Source of the DNA: Trypethelium eluteriae
Taxonomy: Eukaryota
Length of the DNA stretch: 34,147 nt
Direction of reading: 5' to 3'
Assembly (NCBI GenBank): GCA_051942245.1
Contig: JAVECL010000236.1
Coordinates: 1-34,147, forward strand
The translations under genes were made by a program, and so were the position numbers. The stretch's first letter is position 1; every line of letters begins with the position of its first letter. This document shows positions 12,192 to 21,940 of this stretch, piece after piece. Under the pieces are notes generated by a model. That model was given only the letters and a program-made list of their open reading frames with translations. It was not told where the DNA came from and did no database searches.

Positions 12192-12949
12192 ATGGCCCTC
12201 AATTTAGAAAAACAATTGCTCTTCGTAGGTTCCAAATCGATGAGACGAGTCAAAATTCAATTGCTGAGCGGTGACAGTATGGTTCGTACCACCATGATCC
12301 GGTATACTCTCTACAAACTCCTGCGGCACTCCCATGCTCATTGCTGCGCATAGGTCAACGTGGGCATCCATATCACTTGTGTGCCTCTAATATTGATGAC
12401 CGCCTTTCTTTTAGTAAGCTAGCAGTGCCTTCCCAGACAAGGCATGGCCTTCTCTTACTGAGACTGGAAAAGGGTACCAACTCGCTCCATTTCGAGCTAC
12501 CTTCAGGGCTTTCTATACCCTACTTGCCACTTAATCTTGGAACTGCAGCAGCAACTGTGTATACAACGTTCTACATCCTGCTGGAACCTGTAGCTGGTGC
12601 CATGATAGCCCCCTTTATCATGGGTGGTGCTGCGTATAGCAGTCACCTGACATCCAAGTACGGCGCCACAGCCAATTACTGGGCCATAGGAATTCAGATC
12701 GTCAGCTGGGCAGCGCAATTTATCGGACATGGAGTTTTTGAAGGTCGAGCACCAGCGTTGCTGGACAATCTTCTTCAAGCGTTCTTACTGGCTCCATTTT
12801 TCGTCTGGCTCGAAGTTCTCTTCTTTTTTGGTTATCGACCAGAACTCAAGAGCAGGCTTGATAAATCAGTGGAGCAGGAAGTAGCCAAACTGAAGGCATC
12901 TCAGAAGAAAGAGAAGGCAAATGGCACTACGAACGGATTCACAAGATAG
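12192..12949 (+). CDS. MPO1: Mpo1/YGL010w (DUF962) family ER membrane 2-hydroxy fatty acid dioxygenase; 4 exons (12192-12224, 12278-12301, 12354-12413, 12473-12949)
   Basis: Spliced N-terminus MALNLEKQLLF-YGSYHHDP-VNVGIHITCVPLI, plus WAAQFIGHGVFEGRAPALLDNL and APFFVWLE..F..GYRPEL. Confidence 0.88.
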
Positions 12950-13488
12950 TTGGTAGCGCAAAATGATATGGATCGGTATATACTTGGTTGAAAACTTTGT
13001 ATCGAAAAGACTGATGATGGATGCGAGAAAAGTCTGAATAGCAAACATGGGCGCGATGAAGAGAGGAATTTGGAGCAGGTGTTACGGCGTCTGGGCGAGC
13101 TTGTCTACAATTCTCCGATAGATTGAGTATCATTTGTTTAGAGAGCAGAATTGGAATCATTGTCCGATTATACCAATTGAGTAATAAATTTGTCATTTTT
13201 CAAACTGTCGCTATCACGCCTGAGGGATATTATAAGTAATATGGTGATCCACTGGTACTGCCGTTCTTTCGGTCACGATCAGGATCGAAGAAAATCGAGG
13301 CCAGTCGACCTCCTGCCTCTGTCACGTGATGTGGGCCATTGGGACGGGAGTTCCATCGCGAGCTCAAGCACTGTTCCTCCTAGCTCCGATTCAATTCTCA
13401 TCACCACTCTCCCCTCCTGTTACCATCATCAATTGCTTTTGAGGGTGAAGCTCATCCGCTTCAATAACTCTCAGTCTACAAATACACC

Positions 13489-15624
13489 ATGTTCAGGAAC
13501 GCGCTTCGTCAGTCGAGCCGCGCAGTCGCTGGTGCTAGCCCAAGGGTTGTTTCGGTACGTCGCAAATTCCAGCAGGCCTATTTTACGGCAGGTTTGATGC
13601 AAACTTACGATACGAACTCAATCCATTTGATGTCTCTTTGCAAGAGTAATCATGCGAATGTGGAAGTGTCGTCGCTGCTGTTGGAATCGTTCGCCAGAGC
13701 TCTCGAAAAGAGCTTTTCCTAAATAACCGAGTGCTAACGGAACCTCACCTCAACAGAGAACAAGCCCCAAAGCTTTCGCCGCCACAACAATACAGCTCAG
13801 AAGCTATGCCGATGCAAAGGCAGCTCCTACCGAAGTCTCCTCCCTACTAGCCGAGAGAATTCAAGGCATACGGGAAGAGGCCGGTCTTGCCGAGACTGGT
13901 CGTGTCCTCTCCGTCGGGTCAGTCCACAACATCTCAAACGAAATATAAAAGTTCCCATACTCTAACATAATTCTACAGAGATGGTATCGCTCGTGTTCAC
14001 GGTATGAACAATGTCCAGGCCGATGAGCTTGTTGAGTACGTCTACGTCGAAATGATAGTGTTCTATTGAAGATCACTCACAACAATCAGGTTCGCATCTG
14101 GCGTCAAGGGCATGTGCATGAACTTGGAAGCCGGTCAGGTCGGTGTGGTGCTCTTTGGATCTGACCGATTGGTCAAGGAAGGCGAGACTGTCAAGCGTAC
14201 TGGAGAAATTGTAGGCTCTCTAGATCATCTTGGTTGGGATGTTTTGACTGACAACCATCTAGGTCGATGTTCCAGTCGGTCCTGAGATGCTTGGTCGTGT
14301 CGTGGATGCCCTTGGAAACCCCATTGACGGCAAGGGACCGATCAAAACCTCTGAGAAGCGTCGTGCTCAAGTCAAGGCTCCTGGTATCCTCCCTCGTCGT
14401 TCCGTCAACCAGCCCGTGCAGACTGGTCTCAAGTCAGTCGATGCCATGGTCCCCATCGGCCGTGGTCAGCGTGAACTGATTATTGGCGATCGTCAAACGG
14501 GTAAGACTGCCGTCGCTCTTGACGCTATGCTCAACCAAAGACGATGGAACAATGGCAATGATGAGACCAAGAAGCTCTACTGTGTCTACGTCGCTGTCGG
14601 GCAGAAACGTTCCACAGTTGCTCAGCTTGTCAAGACCCTGGAAGAGAATGACTCCATGAAATACTCAATCGTCGTTGCAGCCACTGCATCTGAAGCTGGT
14701 AAGTATCAATACTATATAGACTCACGAATATGGAGATTGATATTGACTCATCCAAGCACCGCTCCAGTACATCGCACCGTTCACAGCTTGCTCTATGGGA
14801 GAGTGGTTCCGTGATAACGGCAAGCATGCTGTCATCGTCTATGACGATTTGTCGAAGCAGGCTGTCGCTTACCGTCAAATGTCTCTCCTCCTCCGTCGTC
14901 CGCCAGGTCGTGAGGCTTATCCGGGAGAGTAAGTTGCCAGGTCCTTTGCTGCTCAGTCTACGTGCTAACGTCAATTACTAGTGTCTTCTATCTTCATTCT
15001 CGGCTGCTGGAGCGCGCCGCTAAGATGAATGATAAGCTTGGCGGGGGGTCCCTCACAGCCCTCCCTGTCATCGAAACCCAGGGCGGTGACGTGTCTGCCT
15101 ACATTCCTACTAACGTCATTTCTATCACCGATGGTCAAATTTTCTTAGAATCCGAACTTTTCTACAAGGGTGTCCGTCCAGCAATTAACGTCGGTCTATC
15201 TGTGTCACGTGTCGGATCCGCCGCTCAGCTCAAAGCCATGAAACAAGTCGCGGGGTCCCTCAAGCTCTTTTTGGCCCAATATCGTGAAGTCGCCGCCTTC
15301 GCTCAATTCGGCTCTGATCTCGACGCTGCAACAAAGCAGACTCTCAGCCGTGGTGAGCGTCTCACAGAGCTCCTTAAGCAAAAGCAATATCAGCCCATGG
15401 CTGTTAACGAGATGGTACCTTTGATCTTTGCTGGTGTTAACGGCTACCTTGATAATGTGCCCGTCAGCAAGGTCCTGCAGTGGGAGGCCGATATCCTTGC
15501 CCATCTAAAGAGCAATGAGAGCGACTTGCTGCAGCAGATCGATCGGGAGGGTGCGCTTAGCAAGGAGCTGGAGGCTAAGCTCAAGGATGTTGTACAGAGC
15601 TTCACAAAGAGCTTCTCGGGGTAA
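13489..15624 (+). CDS. ATP1: Mitochondrial F1Fo ATP synthase alpha subunit, nuclear encoded; 7 exons (introns 13555-13756, 13918-13978, 14036-14089, 14211-14262, 14699-14756, 14929-14981)
   Basis: Arg/Ser-rich presequence, [15 protein letters not shown], Walker [35 protein letters not shown] and [13 protein letters not shown]. Confidence 0.97.
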
Positions 15625-15838
15625 AGGTTTTGGAGGCCATGTATGATAGAAAATCGATGCATCTCGCCTGATATTACATAGAGCTTGTTGCGCTGTCAAC
15701 TTTTGACCCGAGCGGTGTGATCGAGGAGCAGTCGGGGTGATGGAACGAAGGTCGAGTTGCGGCGATTTGTACCTAAGTCAATCTCATTTGTTCTCAGCAG
15801 TGGAGCGTATTAGTGCCAGCATGCAGTACTAAGACAAT

Positions 15839-16058
15839 AGTGTTCGGGTAACCCCCAGCAAATTTCCTGCGCCAGTGAGTGGATATTTTTTTGTAATGAC
15901 TGTATTGTCTGATATTAATGTCCGGGCAACCCCCAGCAGTTTTCTCACCAGTAAGCAGACACTTTTTTATACAACTGTATTGTCTAATATCAGTGTCCGG
16001 GCAACCCCCAGCAGTTTTGCCGCGTCAGCGAGCGGACACTTTTTTCGCATGACTGTAT
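15839..16058 (+). repeat. Tandem array of ~3 units of a 75-78-bp repeat
   Basis: Units start at about 15839, 15917 and 15992. Consensus is about AGTGTCCGGGCAACCCCCAGCAGTTTTCCCGCGTCAGTGAGCGGACACTTTTTT..ATGACTGTATTGTCTAATATC. Differences are mostly transitions. Confidence 0.92.
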
Positions 16059-16169
16059 GGATTTCTATTGCCTGCCGTTCCCACAGATGATTGGAGATGC
16101 CGAACGCCAAACGGAAAATAAGCTCGGCCTTTTACCGACCACTCTTGGAGGTGAAGCGAGAACGCATTA

Positions 16170-16790
16170 TGTGAGCTTGGACAAGCGGGACATGAATGCA
16201 TTGATCACATCATTCAAAGCAATTACTCAAGGAAGGACTAAGAACGGCGATCCAAAACAACGTTGAAGATACTTACCGATGGGACGAATCTCTCGAAGAG
16301 ATCGTACGAGCAATGAATACCAGAGCAGTTAAGTTCCGAAGTTATTATCTCGCTCCACTCTTGACCGGAATTGAGGTACGAATGCCGAATAATAAGCCTA
16401 CCTTCGACGACGAAATCCGTCGGGAAGTGATCCGATTGAAGTTGTTGGAAGGGAACACTAAGATTGCTGCGGAATTTAACCCTAAGTTGAGGATGGCGGA
16501 GTTGGATGAAATTAGGGACCGAGCAATCTAGTACCGAATGATGGAATAACAGAGGACAATTGCTAAAGATTAGGTGTTATAGCAAATACCGGAAATAGGT
16601 GGCCTTGTCTGAGGCGGTACGCTCTTAATTCACAGCAAGGCTAAAAAAGTCGAACCATTATGGACTGGATATAAGATACAACATCTATCTCAAAAATCAA
16701 CATTCAGCAGAGCTTGAGTCCTTGACAACCAGAAAATTTATTGGACGTTACCATCTCAACAACTTAAAACCCTTTGTACGTCGTTCTCAG
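16170..16790 (+). mobile_element. Degenerate Ty3/Gypsy integrase, C-terminal half (stops and frameshifts)
   Basis: Colinear remnants: LGQA../MNALI (GxAERxN), WDESLEEIVRAMNTR..YYLAPLLTG (W..L..IV.AINTR..GYSPA.LL.G), KKVEPLWTG (KL.P.WTGPY) and YHLNNLKPF (HV..LKP). Confidence 0.72.
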
Positions 16791-17131
16791 AACCCGATCA
16801 CAACAGAAACCCAAGAAGAAGCATAAAGGGCCATCCCAAATACTTCTCCAAATTCAGATCCAGGAACAGAAAACAACATCGAAGACCAACTTCATGGCCA
16901 CCGACTGAGACACACCAGGCAAGCCGGACACAAGAGGATGTTCCTAGATGGATGTAAACCATCTTAAATTTTGACGATGAAGAATTAGATAACGGCCGAA
17001 CAAGATACTGGGGAGCAAGGAGGGTAGACTTGACCACGCTATCGTTACAGTAGATGAAAAGGAAAACAGTAGACGGAGTTCGGATACGGAGTTGGGAAAA
17101 TATTGTGAATCAACTACTGGGTATTGATCAT

Positions 17132-17365
17132 GGGGGGAAGTCTACCAACTGATGGTTGAAACTGATGGTTGAGCAGAGTCAGGTATGTATGTTTACCATT
17201 CAACATCCCCCGACGAGGAAGAGGAGGCGATGGCAAGTCGGAAGGATTCGAGATGTTCACCCTTGAAAAAGAGAGCAGATTCGGACAGACAGAAGAAAAA
17301 GGAGAGCATCACTTTGTCGGCCGTTATACTTCATCATAGATATCTTATCTCAATAAAACCATTGA
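17132..17365 (+). mobile_element. Possible polypurine tract plus eroded 3' LTR
   Basis: GGGGGGAAG at 17132-17140 lies downstream of the integrase end. It is followed by TGATGGTT (17150), AATAAA (17352) and an imperfect inverted AACCATTGA (17357-17365). There is no second LTR in the window. Confidence 0.3.
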
Positions 17366-17817
17366 TGAAGGAACGGTTGAATCACCTAAAGTTATACTGG
17401 CTACCTCGTCGGAATTATGAGAATCCTTAACCCACCCGAACCCCCGAAGTGGAATTCGCCTCGATGCGTATCGGCCGTTTATGCCCGTGGAGCAAGGACT
17501 TGTTCACTGTTCTTTATGAGACTGGATTACCCAACTGAGCGGAAAGACGACACTTCCTTCAAGATTCTTTTCCCTGATCATGTCCAAAGCTCATACATGA
17601 AAAGCTCTCTCCCTACCAACCTGTTCACTGTTGTGGGAACCCATCCCGAAAGGCCTTGACAGAGAGAAGCTCGTAGAGCTGCAACCAGTGGACGGAATCG
17701 CTCAAGACGACCAAACACAGCCGTTTGAGACGGTGATAGGACGGTCACCAAAAGTGTATACACGGGGAACAAGAGCTCGGGCCTCACCACTGTGCATGTG
17801 AACTCACTCGATGTCAG

Positions 17818-18339
17818 ATGACAATACCTACTTCACTTCCATCCTTAATCCTCTCACTTCTCTCCTTCGCTTCTCTCCTCCAATTCTCTCCTCCACCAAC
17901 TCTAGAACTCGATCATTTATTCGTTTCAAAGCTCACATACACAATGACGTTTGGGGAGTTCAAAGAGAATGTTGAAGAAGAGATAATCTACCCAAATAAC
18001 AAAGAAGGAGGGTTACATGAAGCACCAAATAGTGAGGGAAGTTGGCTACGAATTAGAACGGTGCCCATCAAGATGGAGCAAGAGAAAACCATGGACTGGA
18101 GCAAGTACTCTCTTAGCTGGGAAGAGCGGGAGAAAAGAGCAACCGCTACTGCTGAGGCGGAATCTGAGAAGGAAGAGTATACGACCCAAACAATGGCAGA
18201 CAAGCCAAGTAACGCCCTCCAACCGACAGAATCCGAAGTTAAGAAAAGTCCCGAAGGGCCTGTGAGTGAAGGCCAAACCAGTGACGATCAAGAAGCCTCC
18301 ACAACGGCAGACAATTCCAATGATGCGAGACCTACGTAG
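17818..18339 (+). other. Orphan 173-aa acidic/low-complexity ORF inside the transposon island
   Basis: ORF only, with no recognisable domain. It ends where the AGGTCTC-type repeat begins. Confidence 0.25.
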
Positions 18340-18550
18340 GTAAAAAGGTGAGAACTTGCCTTCTGTATAGGCCTCACACCTCTGCGCAGACCTTTCATCT
18401 TTATGTAGGTCTCGTACCAAACAGATAGCTATGCGTTTGTTTAGACAGCCTGCGGTATATACTAGACAAAGGGCGATATTGAGGGAGATTTCATTACGGA
18501 CGAAAGGGGTTAATTGGTGTTGTCCCTGGGTACAAATCAGCGGTGTTGTC

Positions 18551-18663
18551 CTTACAGCTTCCCGTGAAAAAATTGTCCGCTCACTGACGCGGGAAAATTG
18601 CTGGGGGCTGCCCGGATACTGATATTAGACAATATAGTTATATTAAAAGAAGTGTCTGCCTAC
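18551..18663 (-). repeat. Inverted copy (~1.5 units) of the 15839-16058 repeat
   Basis: The reverse complement reads GTAGGCAGACACTTCTTTTAATATAACTATATTGTCTAATATCAGTATCCGGGCAGCCCCCAGCAATTTTCCCGCGTCAGTGAGCGGACAATTTTTTC, which aligns to about 15951-16046. Confidence 0.92.
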
Positions 18664-19030
18664 AGTGTATCTCTCAACAAAGTCCAGCACTCGCTAACTG
18701 CGTGCCTCAGGTATTGCTTCTGCCCAGATATATCGACTGAAATAATCGACCACTAAGCAGACATACTTGTTTCCTCGATTAGACCTTGGTGAGATTGGTC
18801 CTAAGAAGTCGAATCCGATCAGGTTAAGAGGTAGGAGTTCCAGAATTGGTAGAAGACCTGCGGATAGTCTGAGTGGTCCAATGCTTTGACATCTTGGGTA
18901 GGATCTGCAGTGGTGATAGATGTCCTTCGTACGGTTTTGCCAGTAGTATCTTCCAATAGCTCGTTTTTCCTGTAATTTCTTCGGTGAAGTGTCCACGGAG
19001 GTCATGAGTACAATGTACGGTTCTGTTGAC
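18664..19030 (-). mobile_element. Degenerate Ty3/Gypsy integrase, N-terminal half (HHCC zinc-binding region and start of the catalytic core)
   Basis: HDLRGHF (shifted frame), RYYWQNRTKDIYHHCRSYPRCQ and PLNLIGFDFLGPI..NKYVCLVVDYFSRYIWAEAI. After a TAG it continues VLDFVERYTV up to the repeat. Confidence 0.85.
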
Positions 19031-19460
19031 ATCGCCCTGTTTGACACATTGGCTGATGCAACCGCTTCGTTCTCTGAACCCCAGCTGTTAGTCCAGCGGT
19101 TGACAATTAAATACTGGGTCTGAGTAAGATATGTGAACTTGTTTCGCTTCCTCTACTGTTGCAGCTAATTGTTTTGCTGACTGGACTGAGAATACTGGTT
19201 GAAGAGAAAGGGAAATTGATGCCTCATGTCGCTTGAAGGACCCCAATATCCTTGTCTTAACGTCCTCGCTCTCGCACGTGAGAACGGTGAACAAATACCC
19301 CATAGCTGATGCTTCTCCCAATTCCAAATTCTTCTCTCCCCTGATGTCATCTCTCCCAGAAACGGTCATCAAATGTTCTTCCATAGCCCTTTTGTGATGT
19401 TGCGGTACCTCTTTGTCTTCTAGTTGTTTCGAACTTCTTGCTGATGTCATAAAACTTCTA

Positions 19461-19576
19461 CATGAAAGGTCTGCCTAGGTCTCTAAGCAGGTCTCACACC
19501 CCTGCATAGGTCTCTGTGTAGGTCTCGACGCAGGTCTCGCACTTCTGCGCAGGTGCATGAAGGTAGGCTAGGTAGG
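19461..19576. repeat. Cluster of AGGTCTC/AGGT motifs with ~12-bp periodicity
   Basis: AGGTCTC at 19477, 19489, 19508, 19520 and 19532. A related sequence lies at 18327-18416. Confidence 0.75.
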
Positions 19577-19924
19577 TGAAGGGGGCCCTCTGTCGTTTCA
19601 TCCAACCGTCTGAATTCACTGAGATAAACCCCCTGCGCTGCGGCGGTGCGGGGTGCAGAATCGGACAATTATTTTTGACCCGAAGAGCCTGGACACTTTT
19701 GTCCTGGTAGCCAGCATACATTGCCTGATCCATTACACGCCATGAACGAATCTGGACTCAAACCGATTAAATTAGGGCTGTGTTTCACAAATGAAGATTT
19801 CTAACTAATCTACAAGCCAGCGCCCCCACCTTTAAGAATACCCAAATCAAACCATGGTATCCCCGTTAACTCCATGCAATGATCACAGCCGTCTTCAAAT
19901 GTCTCATAATGCTAGCACGACCCC

Positions 19925-21022
19925 TCACCCCCGTTTCCCAGTCGTGCCGAGCGCCGCTCTCTTCCTCGCTTCCTTCCTCGCCCTCAGCTCATTCTCCTCT
20001 TTCAGCGCCTCATCATCTTCCTTCCTTGCCACCCGTAAGCTCAGCTGCTCCTCATCAAAGACATCGTCCATGCCCGCCTCCATATCCGACGACATGTCGC
20101 TCCCATAGCCACCTTCCTCTTCTTCCTCTTCCAGCTCCTCATCATCCTCATCGTCATAAGAGTCGGCCTCAGAGTAGCTCGCATACCCGGCCATGCGTCC
20201 CTTCTCTTTGGACCGGGTCTTATCGGGGGCGGAGGGGCGACCTTTGGCAAGGTTTGGAGTGGAGGCGGAAGCACGCATGGTCCCCTTGTAAGCCGTCGGC
20301 GCAGCGGCAGAAGGGCGCATTGTGCCTTTGTAACCGGATTCGGCGGGCTTAGGCCTCACTTTGGACGCGTCCTCGGATTTGACACCGTTGCGAGTATCTT
20401 TGCTGCTGGGAGCGGGCTTGGCGGCGTGCGGTTTCTTGCGACCCGATGCTTCGGCTTTCAGAGCCAATCTATCCTTCTTCTGAAGTCGCTCGATGGGCTT
20501 GTGTTTGATAATGCCGACGGATGACTTGGCGGCTTGCGCTGCTTTGGCCTTCTCGAGCGTGGCGAGATAGCGGCTCTTTGGCGCGGTCGAGGCTGAGGCC
20601 GAAGATCCGGCAATGTTCGAGTTGGCTGGCTTGGGAGTAGTAGACTTTGCTGTTCCTTGAAATGAAGGTGTTCTAGAGGACAAAGAGTTGACATTTGCCG
20701 CCGGCCGAGGTTTTGGTGTATTTCTATCCCCTAATGAACTCAAATCTGTCTTTGCAGCTTTCCGTTGTACATCATCATTTCCGTTTTCAGCTTTGCGCTT
20801 CAAGCCCGACTGAGTAATAGTGCTGGTTGCGATAGTTTCCTGTGCTGGTGCCGCATTGTTGTCGGCCTGCGCAGACGGCCGGGGTACACGAGGGCGTGTG
20901 GCTGGGCTTTGCGCGGGCACAGAAGGTGAGCCACTTCCGATCGATGCCAGGACTTGATTCAGGAACTTTGACATTTTCAGAACATTGAGTCGAATGCTGT
21001 GGGCTACTTGACTTACACTCAT
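19925..21022 (-). CDS. SPT2: SPT2 chromatin protein family; probable exons 21022-21017 and 20965-19925
   Basis: Basic Ser/Pro/Lys-rich body with repeated YKGTMR. The acidic C-terminus GYGSDMSSDMEAGMDDVFDEEQLSLRVARKEDDEALKEE fits the SPT2 domain. Likely 51-nt intron after Met-Ser. Confidence 0.8.
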   Translation of the reverse strand: MSVSQVAHSIRLNVLKMSKFLNQVLASIGSGSPSVPAQSPATRPRVPRPSAQADNNAAPAQETIATSTITQSGLKRKAENGNDDVQRKAAKTDLSSLGDRNTPKPRPAANVNSLSSRTPSFQGTAKSTTPKPANSNIAGSSASASTAPKSRYLATLEKAKAAQAAKSSVGIIKHKPIERLQKKDRLALKAEASGRKKPHAAKPAPSSKDTRNGVKSEDASKVRPKPAESGYKGTMRPSAAAPTAYKGTMRASASTPNLAKGRPSAPDKTRSKEKGRMAGYASYSEADSYDDEDDEELEEEEEEGGYGSDMSSDMEAGMDDVFDEEQLSLRVARKEDDEALKEENELRARKEARKRAALGTTGKRG

Positions 21023-21474
21023 TTTGAATAATACTTGTGTTATCGTTATCTCTTACACCGTGTCCGTTGATAGAAGAGAATCATGCTGAAATAGGAGGGA
21101 AGTATGCGCCTAGAGTGTATTATATAGGGAAGCGCGGCCGCAGTCAGGCGCTCACACAGCGAGAGAGGGAGGGGACGAGCACACAACGAGGCAAAGACAC
21201 AGTGATGAAGGAAAGTGAGTAGTGTGTGGGACGTCCTTGTCTTCTTTTTATCGCCAGTGTCAAGGCGCGGTTGGGGGCTCGGCGACACTTCGGCAAATGG
21301 CCTACAATCGCACCGCGCACGTGCCCACTTGCGGGCTCGCTTGAAGTCTGGTAGCCCACTGACTTTAAGACTGTTTTCTGTCCCCACCTATTTTCGAGAA
21401 CTTGAAGTCTCAGTCTCCGGCCAAGCGCGGTTAAATTGATTGAGCTCTTGTTTTCAACTCTACAAACCCACTCA

Positions 21475-21527
21475 GTATGGCCCTTTTGCGTGCGATGTAG
21501 CACTAGGAAATACTCATCATTCTCCAG
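21475..21527 (+). other. Putative 5' UTR intron of RPP2
   Basis: GTATGG...TACTCAT...CTCCAG, 53 nt, ending 11 nt before the ATG. Confidence 0.6.
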
Positions 21528-21538
21528 GAAATATCAAA

Positions 21539-21940
21539 ATGAAGCATCTCGCAGCCTACCTCCTCCTCGGCATCGGTGGCAACTCTAGCCCTTCCGCCGA
21601 CGACATCAAGGGTGTTCTCGAAGCTGTCGGTATCGAAGCCGAGGAAGATCGTTTGGACAAGCTACTTTCCGAGCTCAAAGGCAAGGACCTGCAAGAAGTA
21701 CGTCCTCATCAGTAACCGCTAGAATGTACTGATCGCAGTGGCTCATTCTACCCATAGTTGATCACCGAGGGCTCTAGCAAGCTCGCTTCTGTCCCATCAG
21801 GTGGTGGCGGAGGTGGCGCTCCTGCCGCTGGTGGTGCTGCCGCTGGAGGTGACGCTGCTCCGGAGGCTGCCAAAGAAGAAGCCAAGGAAGAAGAAAAAGA
21901 GGAATCCGACGAAGATATGGGCTTTGGTCTGTTCGACTAG
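21539..21940 (+). CDS. RPP2: 60S acidic ribosomal protein P2; 2 exons (21539-21697, 21758-21940)
   Basis: [34 protein letters not shown] and C-terminal [13 protein letters not shown]. Intron 21698-21757. Confidence 0.97.

Noticed and set aside
13489..15624. ATP1 as a mitochondrial insertion (NUMT)
   Set aside because: It has spliceosomal introns and a targeting presequence, and ATP1 is nuclear in fungi.
15827..15840. TACTA as a RIP-mutated CACTA left terminus pairing with CACTG near 18668
   Set aside because: The sequences after the pentamers do not match, and no TSD can be identified.
15839..16058. CRISPR-like array (conserved GC-rich core recurring every ~76 bp)
   Set aside because: The intervening sequences are homologous to each other rather than unique spacers. 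The context is eukaryotic and there are no cas genes.
19088..19450. 120-aa minus-strand ORF as Gypsy gag/pol
   Set aside because: Strand and position fit, but no protease, RT, RNase H or zinc-knuckle motif is recognisable. Left unassigned.
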